NCBI RefSeq assembly: GCF_902459465.1
Contig: NC_047073.1
Coordinates: 8,990,001 to 9,054,000 of the forward strand
Source of the DNA: Asterias rubens
Lineage: Eukaryota
Length of the DNA stretch: 64,000 bases
Direction: 5' to 3'
This document shows positions 13,834 through 26,249 of this stretch, piece by piece. Each line of letters begins with the position of its first letter. The stretch's first letter is position 1. Made by a program: the position numbers and the translations under genes. The notes below the pieces were generated by a model. That model was not told the origin of the DNA. It did no database searches and saw only the letters and a list, made by a program, of their open reading frames with translations.

Positions 13834-14080
13834 CTCTCATAATGTAAAAGAGTGAACACGCACTCTTTGAAGAGCCATAATGAAGGACACCTCTTTTTCG
13901 AGTGGTCTTCCACTCTTTTAGATTGAATTTTGCATCTTTTTGAGTGATTTTTCACTCTGTCCTGGAGTGAAACCCCTCTAAAAGAGTGAAATAACCACAA
14001 CTCTTTTTGAAGAGCCGTATGGAGGACATGTAGCTCGAAATGTAAAGAGTGGTGTTTTTCACTCTTTTCCATTTAGAGAG
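13834..14080. mobile_element. Second TIR element nested in the family B MITE
   Basis: CTCTCATAATGTAAAAGAGTGAA / TTCACTCTTTTCCATTTAGAGAG termini, internal CACTCT/AGAGTG repeats, TG on both flanks. Confidence 0.7.
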
Positions 14081-15660
14081 TGAGTTCGCGATGTAAATGG
14101 AAATCCGTGCAATTTTGAGTTGATACTTGTGTGGATCATTATATTCTACTTTTAAAACATCTTTGTAACCATTTGCATTTCATAACAAACGGTTTCAAAC
14201 GCTTTTTTTAGACCAACTCGTCCGATCCAAGGCAACGTTTCCTTTAAACACGTATTATTTTGTGGCATCGATGAAATATGCGAGGAGGGGGGGGGGGGAG
14301 TTGGGGACAGATGACTATCGAGCTTGTCTCGTTAATCGTTTTATAGATGGACCAGAAGGACAATATGGGGGCATTGTTGTTTTGTTTTCGGGGTGTTATC
14401 ATGTTACGCGCCACACTATGGGGCTTCTAAGTCTTTTCCCACAAACTTTAAACCACTCAAAGGAAAAAGTCGCCTTCACCTGATGAATGTTATCATATAT
14501 ATTGCAAGGACAGAGAACTTGCTCGAAACACAAAAGCAACGTTCCCATTGGGGATCCGGAGGAAACCTTTGAAGTGGAAACAAAAAACGTCTGGAATGAA
14601 TGTTCCCTTTAAACACAAGATCCTCGCCTCACCTTGAACCATCACAACATTATTGATCATTTCCCCTCTTATATATCTTAGCTCTCTCTAACTTGTACCT
14701 TTTTTTGAGGCCGGCCACGGTGGGGTGATGGCGCGTGGCGCAGGACACGTTGCTGAGACAACAACAAGAGTGACCTAGAAAGTCTGGACTTGATCACGTT
14801 TTCTCACGGTTTGTTGATGACCGAGAGCCTCATTTGTAAATGTTGATGACAATTTCCTAAAGTTTGAAAGGGGGTTATAGTCTTGGAGGGAGATTGTTTC
14901 CGATGGACGCAAAACGTTGGGTCATGTTTGAGGTGGAACTTTTCTATATTCTTGGACTTGTCATCGAAGCGAGTGGTTGATGGAGGCTTCTTGTTGGTCG
15001 ACAGGGGGTGGTTGAACCATGGTTAAACGGGAAGAACTTTCTGTGCTCTTCCCTCCCTGGATCTGACGTTCAAAATAAAGCCACAGACCCAAGGCTAACA
15101 TTTAACTATACAAAAACCAGAGTCTTTGAAAGAAAAAAGTAGGCCATTGGCTTTATGATTTGATTTATATATAGTTTTGTGATAATTTTTTGCAGTAATT
15201 AAGGTTGAATACACCTTCATTATATACCATGGCCATCGATTCTTTTCTAACGACTGCGATGAGCTGTTAGGAATAATAAGCTTAGCAGCCATGATAATTT
15301 ATGAGTTTTTACGGTATTGCTACAAAAAGGTCATGCCTTTTTTGTAAATCGCTTGGACATTGTTGCACTCTCGATGGTCATGTCACAATGAACTTAGGAA
15401 AAAGGAAATAGTATATGCTAAACTATTCCAAATGATATAAATTATGTGCTGGATGATTTCCACTTAAAAAATTTGTTATGTTAACCTGGGATTGGAGCAA
15501 TCCGGGAACCGTTGTGGAAATAAGAGTTCAAGCCAAAAAGTTACCATGCACCTTTTGCGACCATGGTCGCGTGACTGTTGGTCGATGGTGCACGTTTTTT
15601 CTTCTTTGAGTTAAAAGTTAACATCTTGAAACAGATTAGTCCCAACACCAGTCATTTCAA

Positions 15661-16029
15661 AAAGCCATTATACACTTTCGGTAAACAGTATTGTCCAAGT
15701 CACACACTTCGTGTATCACAACTTATATATAAAATAACAATCCTGTGGAAATTTAGGCTCAATCGGACATCGGAGTCGGGAGAAAATAACGTGAAAACCC
15801 ACTCCTGTTTTCGCGCGTTTCGCCGTGTCATGACATGTGTTTATAACAAATCCGTAATTCTCGCTAACGAGAAATTATATTGTTTTACCGTTTTCTCAAA
15901 AAGTAAAGCATTTCACGGACTAATATTTCAAGAGAAGTCTTTCACCATTACCTTCTGTAAACCCTGTAAATTATTTGTAAATCTGTGAACTTTTTTTTGT
16001 TCTGTACCGAAAGGGTCCAATGGCTTTAA
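15661..16029. mobile_element. TTAA-type MITE, divergent subfamily of family A
   Basis: Ends AAAGCCATTATACACTTTCGGTA / TACCGAAAGGGTCCAATGGCTTTAA; internal segment shared with family A (AAAATAACAA.CCTGTG.AAATTT.GGCTCAAT). Confidence 0.7.
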
Positions 16030-16538
16030 ATAATGTTTTAGAATGTTCAACACGGAGGTGTAAGATCAGAGACCCATGAGTGTAACGGCTCCAATTACTC
16101 TCGCACATCGTACCTGTAAAGTTTACCAATACCGCCCAACCATCTGCTGCCAAAAGGTCGTGTTATCACTGACCGGATATTGCGGTGGGACTGAACCGGT
16201 AACTTGACTCGTTTTGATCACAATCTACATTCCTGTTGCCACGCTTCCGAGAAAGTCAAAACCAGATAAACTACAAAGCATCATGTTTTTTGAAGGGCGA
16301 ACACGGTCGAGATACAATACAAAAATGTTAACATTTTAGTACAAAATTTATACAATAAAATTGAGGTTTGTGACGGTAAAACACCATAGGCCGAAAACAT
16401 GAGAATAATCTGTTTGAGTTGTGGTGGTTCTGAAAGAACCGGCGGTAGCAGCTCAATGCGTCGATTAGTGGGCCTACTCTGCTCTGATCGTCTTCAGGAG
16501 AAATTCGTCGATCCAGGCTTTCAGTTTTATGAAGACAC

Positions 16539-16752
16539 CAGGGCCCAATTTCATAAAGCTTCTGCACAAACACTTGCTAAGCACAGAAAACCCTTGTTTT
16601 TTTTTATATTAAAATTTTTAAAAAGGTTTACCAGCCAAAATACCGTAAATAACCATTGTTGTTACTGGTACCCAGCTCATTTCTTGCTTAGCAAAGAAAC
16701 TTGCAAAGCAGAATTGTCTGCTTTACCTACAAACAGCTTAATGCAATTGGGC
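16539..16752. mobile_element. GGGCCCAATTTCAT-ended palindromic MITE (family C)
   Basis: CAGGGCCCAATTTCATAAAGC left end, degenerate right end GCAATTGGGC; similar copies at 38500, 54289, 60238, 62380. Confidence 0.7.
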
Positions 16753-19700
16753 TTAGGTCACTATCTGCATAGAGATGCTCTCTGAAGAGAGCTAGTGGTT
16801 AAATATTTCGGCGTTTTAACCTATATAGTTGTCTTCAAGGAGAGCTTATGATGATAAGTTTCACCCGGAGCTCTCTGCTCTAACTCTAATTTAGTTTTAT
16901 CATAAAAGTTAACATGGGCTTGGTCTCAACTTTCCACTGAATATGTATATTGTGCCTGGAAAACTACATAGTGGTCTGATGTCAACTTTACAAGCCATGA
17001 CATTTTCACCCGGATCTATACAGTTTATATATCCAAACCGGGATTTACTTTTGTATATGCAGCGTATGTAGTGAATCGCCATGAGGAATTGTTTCCTTGT
17101 AAGAGTAGGCCTATATACATGATTTAGTTTGCGGATCTACCTACAATACAAATAAGGGTCCCACCTTAATAGGAGGAAATGTCCTATATGATCGGGCAGA
17201 ATTTTTCCGCATTCCTATGACGGACATGAAGTATAGTGGCGTCACTTTTTGCATAATGTAATTTATGCAAGGCAACCTCCTTTGTTGTTAAATGTAAAAA
17301 ACCACACAAAAAAAACAACAATGGGGCACACAACAATAATATAAAGCTCATAAACTAGAAACAAATCTCGTTTTTTGGCCAACAGGATTCTGCCCTGTTT
17401 TATTTTGATCACATGTTTGAAAATTGCATTTTGAAAGCAATTTTGTTTATGTCGATTGCTGTACGTCGAGATGAAGCAGAATCCGCAATTTATGCTAATA
17501 AGTTTCCACAATTTCTAATTACAAGTTCTCCCGCGGAGGTAGATCTGACAATGTTATTGAAAATAATTTATTTTTATTTATTACTTTTTTTTTTTGGGGG
17601 GGGGGGGGCAAAATGATCGAAGGATCTACATTAACCATGAAATAGAAACGAATTTAACTTCGAAATCGGAACAAGGTAAGACAAACTTTCGTGTTTTTAA
17701 AGTTCAAAGTAAACTTTAAACAAACGAAAGTATGTCTTACCTTGTTCAAATGTTATCAGTGGCAAAATGAAAAAAGAAAGTAAATCAAACTCGAACGTCA
17801 GGCATTACTGTTATGATGTGAACCGTAGAGCAAGTCAATTCACAGAAAGGAGTCAGTCAACAGGCAAATTCCACAGGTGCAATTGAGCGTGCCGGCGTTG
17901 TCTTTTGTTTCTCTCTGAGCTGCACTCCAGCCGGTTTTTAAGGTGATATTTTTTTCAGGTCGCACGAACCACCCTCCAATTTGATGAACCGGCACCAAGG
18001 TTATTTTATAAAGTTTGTTTGTAAACATTCAAAATGTAAATATTTACTCATGTGGTTTGCCGGCATGTGAATGAATCATTGCCATAATATAGTGATGTGA
18101 CTGTTATTGCTATACCCGTGTGAACTTACAAAAAGTATGTTTCAAACTATAGAAAAAGTTTCCCGCCCTTTATTGTATGTTTTCGCGAAAGGAGGGAGCC
18201 CTTTGAAATGGTTTTTGACTTTAATACATTTAATACTTTTAACTGTGGTGCCGGAGGGTTAAAATTGACACAATTGGTGTTGTCACCACGCTGATGGTAT
18301 GGATACCAAAAAGGATCAAAATGTCAACATTATCATTTTCATCACTCTCTGAATCCGTCATGGGGATATAGAGCCGCCCAAACCAATGTGTTCTGAAGGC
18401 GGATTGCCACATCTGCCATACCCCGAGACTCGTTGTCCGTTTCCAGTTGATCAAAATTTATAACTACAAAAATAGGGTGATAAAAATAACATTACACTGA
18501 TTTGTGCACCAACACAATTTCAGCGCTACAGTTACATTGGTGACGGTTATTTTAATACCCTTGAGTGTTACTTTTGATTTTCTCTGTTTGGTAACCTATC
18601 GTGACAACTCATGGTGTCGATTTGACATCCAACGTTTTGCAGTGTAAGTGTTTAAAATGACACTGGAAAGAGCTCGGATGTATTTATTGTGTAACGTTAC
18701 AAACTTTATGCAAAACAGGAACTTATATGAAGATACCATGCTGTTCCTCCGATATCTCGGTGTGTCCATGGTCCATCCTTACTCATTGTGGTGTTTTTCA
18801 TATATTACTTTCGATGCACAATGCATCTTACTTACAAACTTTCCCCTAAAACAGCAATGATGAAGTAAAACAGGCGCGAAAACGTCCGGGTTATCAGATG
18901 ATATTCTTCAGCAATTTGAAGCTGGCTTTCAAAACTGCAAACCCCAGATTTGGAAATAATGAAACTTTAACCGAACCTTTCATTTCACAACTAGTTTGCT
19001 TTTGTAATTCGGTTATATAATGTTGCTCGTTATTAGTTCTATCAAAATGATGTGTCAGCAATCAGTGTTATCACTATCATAACTTTCTTTCAGTTCCCAT
19101 CACGGGTAGTCACGAGTGATCATTCTGGAAAATGAAGATTCATAGCTGTATCCTTTAGTGTGAAGTTGAACCAAAACTTCCGGAGGGGTGCGCACCATAA
19201 CTTTGAAACGGGTTGAGGCTCGAATAGCGCTGTGTTTGTCTTGACCCGTTGCACTATGGTTTGTAGAACTGGTTTGGTATTATATTAAGACATTTTTAAG
19301 AAGATTGTCAGATTATTCTTTTACGGGATCGATTCCATTGCAAACTAGTGTGAGTACTTCGAGAAAAGGTGGAGGAAGACTAACGTTGATGTCAATCGAG
19401 CCTGAATATTTTAGGGCAGCTCAACTTCTTTTGCTAAGATACCCACCCAGCATAATTCCCATTTTGAGTCAAACATTGGTTCTACAAATTGGCGGACCGT
19501 GTCAGTTCACGAAGTACGAGGAAAATCACAAAAATGGGTAGAAAGGCATATTATTGGTGCGTCATTGGAATATCTTTCCACCCAAATTCGTTTTAAAACG
19601 AACGCTTTCAACGCTTTTTTTTATAATATTCTAGCCACTCGCCTAATCTAATTGGCAATGTGTCCCTTTAGAAACACCATGCAATTTTGACGATTCTTTG

Positions 19701-20314
19701 CTAATTTCTGATTCTATTCTATAATCAATTTGTGTATTGAGATTTAGAATTCGAGGAGTTAAGTCAGTGGTAGTGTCATTACACTTAATGTTAAGGTTTC
19801 TTTGAGACTTTTTTTTATACAGGCAATCAGCTCAGATGAGTGAACATACAAACCAAGTTTTATGCTCGTGTTTGTCACATTGTCCGTAATGTCAGCCTCA
19901 AAAATATTAATCATGATAAAGCTTGATGAAAAAAATAATAACAAAGCTTTCAAAAATTCAACAAGATCGTTTTTGTTTTGGAAATCCAATTCCCCCACTA
20001 TTAAAAGAAAACAAGGAAATGGTGTATTCCGAATACAGTTTCGCATTTTCTTTATCAATGGGACTTCCCCTACTTTGGCCGAACGCCTGAGGAGTCTTTT
20101 TGTTTATTATTATGCCATCTTGCCGTTTATCTACTGGCACAGGTCCAGTCTTTGAGTGAATTATTACTGCAATGTGTCGAGTTTGTGAATGATTGCATGT
20201 GGAATGCGTCCAAAAACCACACACTTTCATAGGGAATATATCACATGAGGGAAAGTCCCGTTTCTTGTCCGAGATCTTGTTCCTGTTGGGAATTTGTAGT
20301 GACACGGATGTTCG

Positions 20315-20913
20315 TAAAGGCACTGGTTGACACCTTTGATAATTGTCAAAAACCAGTCTTCTCACTTGGTGTATCTCAAAATATGCATAAAATAACAAAC
20401 CTGTGAAAATTTGAACTCAACTGGTCGTCGAAGTTGCGAGTGAATAATGGAAGAAAAGTAACTTGTCGCACAAGTTGTGTGCGTTCAGATGCCTTGAATT
20501 CGAGACCTCAGCTGAGGGCTCGAATTCAATCAGAATTTTAGTGAGAAATTACTTCTTTAGAGGGAGATTTCTCACAATGTTGGTCATCTATAAGTTGCGA
20601 GGTAATACTGAAAAAAAAAGAACACACTTGTCACATGAAGTTGTTTGCTTTTAGATGGTTGATTTCGAGACCTCAAATTCTAAATCTGAGGTCTCGAAAT
20701 CAAATTCCATGGAATAATTCTTTATCGAATACTTTATGTCACTTTAGAGGGAGCCGTTTCTCACAATGTTTTATGCAATCAATCTCTCCTCATTACTCGT
20801 CACCAAGTTAGGTTTAATGCTTATTTGAGTAATTACCAATAGTGTCCACTGCCTTTAAGTTTTTATGCTAACAATTATTTTGAGTAATTATGAATAGTAT
20901 CCAGTGCCTTTAA
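20315..20913. mobile_element. Composite family A (Kolobok/T2-like) MITE with internal duplication and doubled right end
   Basis: TAAAGGCACTG start; two central GAGACCTC..GAGG hairpin modules; right end GTG(T/A)TCCA.TGCCTTTAA present twice (ending 20858 and 20913). Confidence 0.8.
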
Positions 20914-21893
20914 TAAGTATCCTTATTTATTTTGGGCAAGGTCTGTACTTCAGGTTTCTCCTCTTTATGGGGGTTGGGTTTGGATGATGGGGAGTTGTGG
21001 GAAGTGTGGGGAGTCTGGAAGCTACGGTGGCGAAACGTCACTGGAAACAGTGTAAAATGTAATGTATATAAAATTAATGTCACAGCAAATTGAACATAGT
21101 TTTAAATGGACAGTCCTTCTGAATCTATTCAAGAAGTTGTGGGAAGCATGCAGTTTCAACATTTCCTGAAGACATGTTCGAAACGTGAGACTGCACAACA
21201 ACAGTTTTTATAGAGCCAACACTCCCCAAATAGATATTTACATGTATGATTTTTACTTTGCAATAATCCCTGTTTAAAAAAATGCTGTATTAATTGAAAG
21301 CATGTATGAGCTTCAAAACTGCCGAACCATAATGTTTACGTGCTTACAAAAAAAAGTAAAGTGTAAAATTTAAAAAATGCCCGTTATTATCTTTGCTTCA
21401 CAACGTTTATCTTGATTAGTAATAAAATCAAATCATTTCGGTATTCATGCTAAAAGTCATTTGAGAAAATGATTCGCAATGACCCAATAACATTTCTACT
21501 GGCAATTCTCCGCCGCACCGAGCAATTATTTATTGACGTCATTATAACAACATAATATTCAGACATTCACATGTCACACATCGCGCATGCACGGCGTACC
21601 TACTGTGTTGATAGGATCTTGCGCCTCGGGCGTTCGCTAAGAAATTAGTTCAGACGAAAGAGGCCCGCCTTGAAATTGCATGTCCACAGTACATTACAGT
21701 GTGTAAAGACCTGTGATAATGTGAGCAAATAAACTCAATTAAACTTGGAATTATAATAATATGGCTTCGAAATGTTTTGGATCGTCCATCGCGATACCAC
21801 CGTCTGGAATGAGGGTATCTGTGGGGGCGGGGTGCTAGAATTTGATTTCGCTTTTGCCTGCTCTGAGGAAACACAAAACCCAAACCAGGGTTC

Positions 21894-22234
21894 TTAAAGG
21901 CACTGTCCACGTTTGGTGATTGTCAAAGACCAGCGTTCGAACTTGGTGTATCCCATCATAAGCATAATATAACAAGCCTGTGAAAATTTGGGCTCAATTG
22001 ATCATCAAAGTTGCAAGAAAACGATGAAAGAAAAAACACCCTTGTCGGACGAATTTGTGTGTTTTCAGATAGGAATAAAAAGACTTCTAGCTAGAAGTCT
22101 TTTATTATTTTAATATAAACCTCTTTCTCAAAAACTACGTTACTTCAGAGAGAGTCGTTTCCCAAAAAGTTTTATACTATCAACAGCTCCCCAATGCTCG
22201 TTACCAAGTCAGTGTTTGTGTACCATCCCTTTAA
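21894..22234. mobile_element. Family A-related TTAA MITE with a different central hairpin
   Basis: TTAAAGGCACTG...CCCTTTAA; central palindrome AATAAAAAGACTTCTAGCTAGAAGTCTTTTATT (22074-22106). Confidence 0.75.
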
Positions 22235-23985
22235 GTTCTGCTGTGTTTCGAACAAAATCCCAACTACACCCTGAACGTCCGACTTAATGTGCTCATCGTG
22301 TCTTGGTGCGAAAAACGCGCGTGACGTATCCAGCAACAGAGCGTTATGCATGACAGTGGGTCTATTTTTTGTTGTACATTTTGAGTCATTTTATTATGGG
22401 TGATGTTTGGAGCAATAGTTTGTATAACGAAGAAAACTAGACGTAACTATTACTACTACAACTTTTGTGCAACAACCATTTCATCTCTTTGTGAATGACT
22501 GTTTGCTCAGAGCTTTACAGAAGTTTCAGGAGAATGGCAGAGACCGCGATGAGCAGAGAACACTGTTCCAAAAGTCCGGTCAAAAAGGGGCTCTTTCCAA
22601 GGTCAAAACTCTTTCCTTAATTATGTTCACATTATTTACCGGCAAAAATTGCTAAAGTTGCTTTGTAGACTTGTATAACAGTGCATTGTACTGAAGTTCT
22701 TTTTTAAAATGGGAAATTTGGTTGGCAAATTCAATTGATTAAACTCATGTCTTGTCTTGTCTTTACTGCACAAACCGCCGCCACTGGGCTATAAACGTGC
22801 AGACTCATTGATAATTCGCATTCGGAATTTGATGCGTTTACGAACTGTTAATTTGATTGGCCCTACTTACATAGTTAAGTAACATGTTCAGACAAGAAAA
22901 AAACAGAGCGAGGTGATAAAAAAAAATATTCTGAGATATTGCCCACCCGCATGGCCCGCATCCCGCTGGACTTAACTGTTTGACGTCACGCAATGGCACG
23001 TGCCCACGAATGACGTCAGGTGGGTTCACGAGACTGCGTGACGTCATCGTGTATCGGAATCGGAATGGTTCGGTAAGTCTTCGGAGTTTCAAATCGTGAC
23101 ACGCTTACCACCCGGCCGGAGATGACGTCAGCACAACCCACGAGATATACCGATGGTGATGGGACTGAATTTTAGATTAAATTGCGAGCAAGAGTTAGTC
23201 TCCTGTGGAAATCCACTCATTAAACAAACACTTGTGAATAAGGACAAGTTAATTTGTTTTGATCTAAACAATAACCACACACCATTACAGTGACGTCACC
23301 GGTAGCTAAAGCCCATTGTGTGCCATTTTTAGGATTCAAATCGCGCGTAATAATGTCGCGCATCTATTGCGGGCGCGCGTTTCCTATGTATCACTGCTTT
23401 AAAATGCACACACGGTGAATTTGATTCACGGAATGCGTGCAAAAAAGTTTGATTATGAGGCGATACCAATGTGAATTGGGTAGATTTGAATCGAAAACGC
23501 AGTTGTTGGCCAATAATTTGACGAGCGCGGTGGGGCACAATCTCTCTGAAAACAATGTAAATTTCGTTATTTTCTCAGACTACATTTAAATAAAAATAAT
23601 TTGCCCAGAGATTGACGACTGTGCATCCTCTTCAAATTGGAACTACAGTGAATAAAATTAGTGTACTCTTTCATTGACATAAGGACATTATTTTCCTGTG
23701 TGTGTTTTTGCCTGCATCGTGACGAAGCAATGACACTGCAAGGCCATTAGTAGAACCACATAATCACTTTAATAGAAACGAACGGGAAAGATGCCAAGTC
23801 ATTCATCCACGCATTGGCGAAACCAGGGTCGAGTACATTTTCAAGAGTTCCAAAATAAACAATTGGTTTAATATCTTTCTAAGCGTTTGATCAACCTTGG
23901 TTTTGAGTCAAGTTTCGTTAAGCAATACATGTTACCATGGAGTGTGTAGCGGTAGTAATAATATGAGCCCTCTTATACAATTTGT

Positions 23986-24371
23986 TTAAAGGCAGTAGAC
24001 ACTATTGGTAATTACCCAAAATAATTATTAGCATAAAACCTTTCTTGGTGACGAGTAATGGGGAGAGGTTGATGGTATAAAACATTGTGAGAAAAGGCTC
24101 CCTCTTAAGTGCCATAGTTTTCGAGAAAGAAGTAATTTTCCACGAATTTGATTTCGAGACCTCAGATTTAGAACTTGAGGTCTTGAAATCAACCATCAAA
24201 CGCACACAACTTTGTGTGACAAGGTTTTTTCTTCTTTCATTATTATTTTCGCAACTTCGATGACTGATTGAGCTCAAATTTTCACAGGTTAGTTATTTTA
24301 TGCATATGTTGAGATACACCAACTGTGAAGGCTAGTCTTTGACAATTACCAAGAGTGTCCACTGCCTTTAA
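23986..24371. mobile_element. Family A MITE, complete (Kolobok/T2-like)
   Basis: TTAA flanks; TIR AGGCAGT(A/G)GACACT(A/C)TTGGTAATT; central GATTTCGAGACCTCA..TGAGGTCT hairpin; superfamily call is inference from TTAA+AGG termini. Confidence 0.88.
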
Positions 24372-25359
24372 AGATAAAATCGCTAAATACACAGAGAGTT
24401 CGTATAATTTAAATTATCCAGAATCGTCTTATTCATTTAGTATTATTCTAAAAACATACTTACTACGGAAACATAAATTAGCTCAGAGGCTGTTTCACGT
24501 CATGGATAATGACTAGAACCTTGCATCTGATCTGCAAAACTCGCGGCATTGACAGGGGTAAGAGTTATTGATGGAAAAGGGTATGAAACCAGGAGTCATT
24601 GGAGATATAATGACACGTTACAGTTTTAAAAGTGAAAACATGTTTTTGAATAAATTTATGTTAGTTTAACACCAATGGTGTAAATAATTATTCTTTGTTG
24701 ATAAAGACACGCATTGTGTCAGTTTTTGCAGTGTGAGGTATTCAATATACAGAGTATAGGAACAGAGTAAATGTAAAAGAGACCAACGGTTATTTATTTT
24801 TTAATGTGGTAAAAACAACCGCTGATTTTCTTCACAGTGACTTGAAAGAAAGAATTTAGATACAAGTCAAAATTGTATCCCTGCTAAATATTTGATGTTT
24901 TACCGCTTACAAATTATACCTAAAATTAATATCCAGCGAATAACACTGGGTTATTTGTTTGTTTACTTTAAGAACAAGCCATAAGCAGTAAACATAATCC
25001 CTTAACTGCCCGTACGTTGTGCATGATATATCTTATTTTTATTCAAAGCTGCTGGTACCAATCACTTTACAAGATTTCCAAAAAATCCAAAGCATCTCAC
25101 ATTGACGAAAACCACAACCGGAAACATTTTATATTAGTCCCTTGCTTTTTAATCTCGAGATGTCACCGCGGAAGTTTAACAATTTAACAAGCTGAAGTTT
25201 GCTGGTACACAACATCGACTCCCACGACCTTTAAAGTTCGACTATTAATAAAAAATAAATAAATAAATAAACAAACAAACAAACAAACAAATACACAAAA
25301 TCTGAAATGATGGCATTTGTTCTAGTTGTTAGTTTTGTCTCAGGGATGTTTCATTGTAG

Positions 25360-25474
25360 ACACCTTATACCCAGTTCTTTCTTAACAACAATCCACAGGC
25401 ATAATGCGGTGGGGGTTCGAACCCACGACTTCTTGTACTATTGCTAGAGCATGCAGAGGTCTTACCACTAGACC
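25360..25474 (-). mobile_element. tRNA-derived SINE head
   Basis: Minus strand has A-box-like GGTCTAGTGGTAAG and B-box GGTTCGAACC followed by a non-tRNA body. Confidence 0.7.
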
Positions 25475-26249
25475 ATCACGTCTGCAATATTTTATCATCT
25501 ACGCAATGGTATTTATCAGTTTTAAGTTGGTGTAAAACTAAGATACAATCAAACATTAAAAACCTCTAAAAGGGAGAGAATATAGTGACAGATAGTGACT
25601 CATTTAAAAGAGAAACGAAGAGCAATCAGACAGAAAGGAAACAGAAACAGAGAAAATTTGAAGAGAAAAAAAACACCTATCGGCGTGATGGACAGGAACT
25701 AGCAAGGTCATCCATGTCATGAATTATTCTTCTTCGGTGAGGCAGAGGTTTTAATACAGTACTCTCCGTTAGTTCTCGTGCTATCGGTTTATGCAGCGAA
25801 CCCATTCACGCACAAACGGAAGAGCTGTTCGGATGCGAAGTTAACGCCGTCAAAGTGCTCATTAACATACACGCACGTCAATGGGCTTACTCGCTGTCTA
25901 TTTTAAGAACCGTTTTACTACAACGGCTCAATGCATATCATTAGAATGTTCTATTGTTAGCTTGGGGTGGTAAACCATGAACCACCTTAAAATAATTTGT
26001 GAATATGTTGGAGCTTATTTATAGCAGAAGTTATTCCACATTTTGTGGCATTGATCAACAGTGGTTGTACCAAGGATTTTATAATAATCATAAAATAGCC
26101 AGCCTAAATACGCCATACTTATAATCATTAAAATTTGTATTGTTGTTGTGTGGGGTCGGTTAACCATGACCCATCTTAAAATAGTTTTTGTACAGTATTT
26201 TGAAGCTTATTTTTAGAGGCCGTCGCTCTGTGTGTTACTCTGTACTGTA

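Larger units (their letters stand above)
13258..14247. mobile_element. Palindromic TTAA-flanked MITE (family B) interrupted by two inserts
   Basis: Left arm 13258-13475 and right arm 14081-14247 match the intact copies at 36918-37304 and 56530-56897; ends TTAAAGG...CCTTTAA. Confidence 0.85.

Noticed and set aside
15578-15988. 136-aa plus ORF
   Set aside because: Lies almost wholly within a non-coding TTAA MITE; no transposase motif.
25360-25474. tRNA-like sequences (also 48800, 53100, 62215)
   Set aside because: A/B boxes are present but there is no complete cloverleaf or acceptor stem; these are SINE heads, not tRNA genes.
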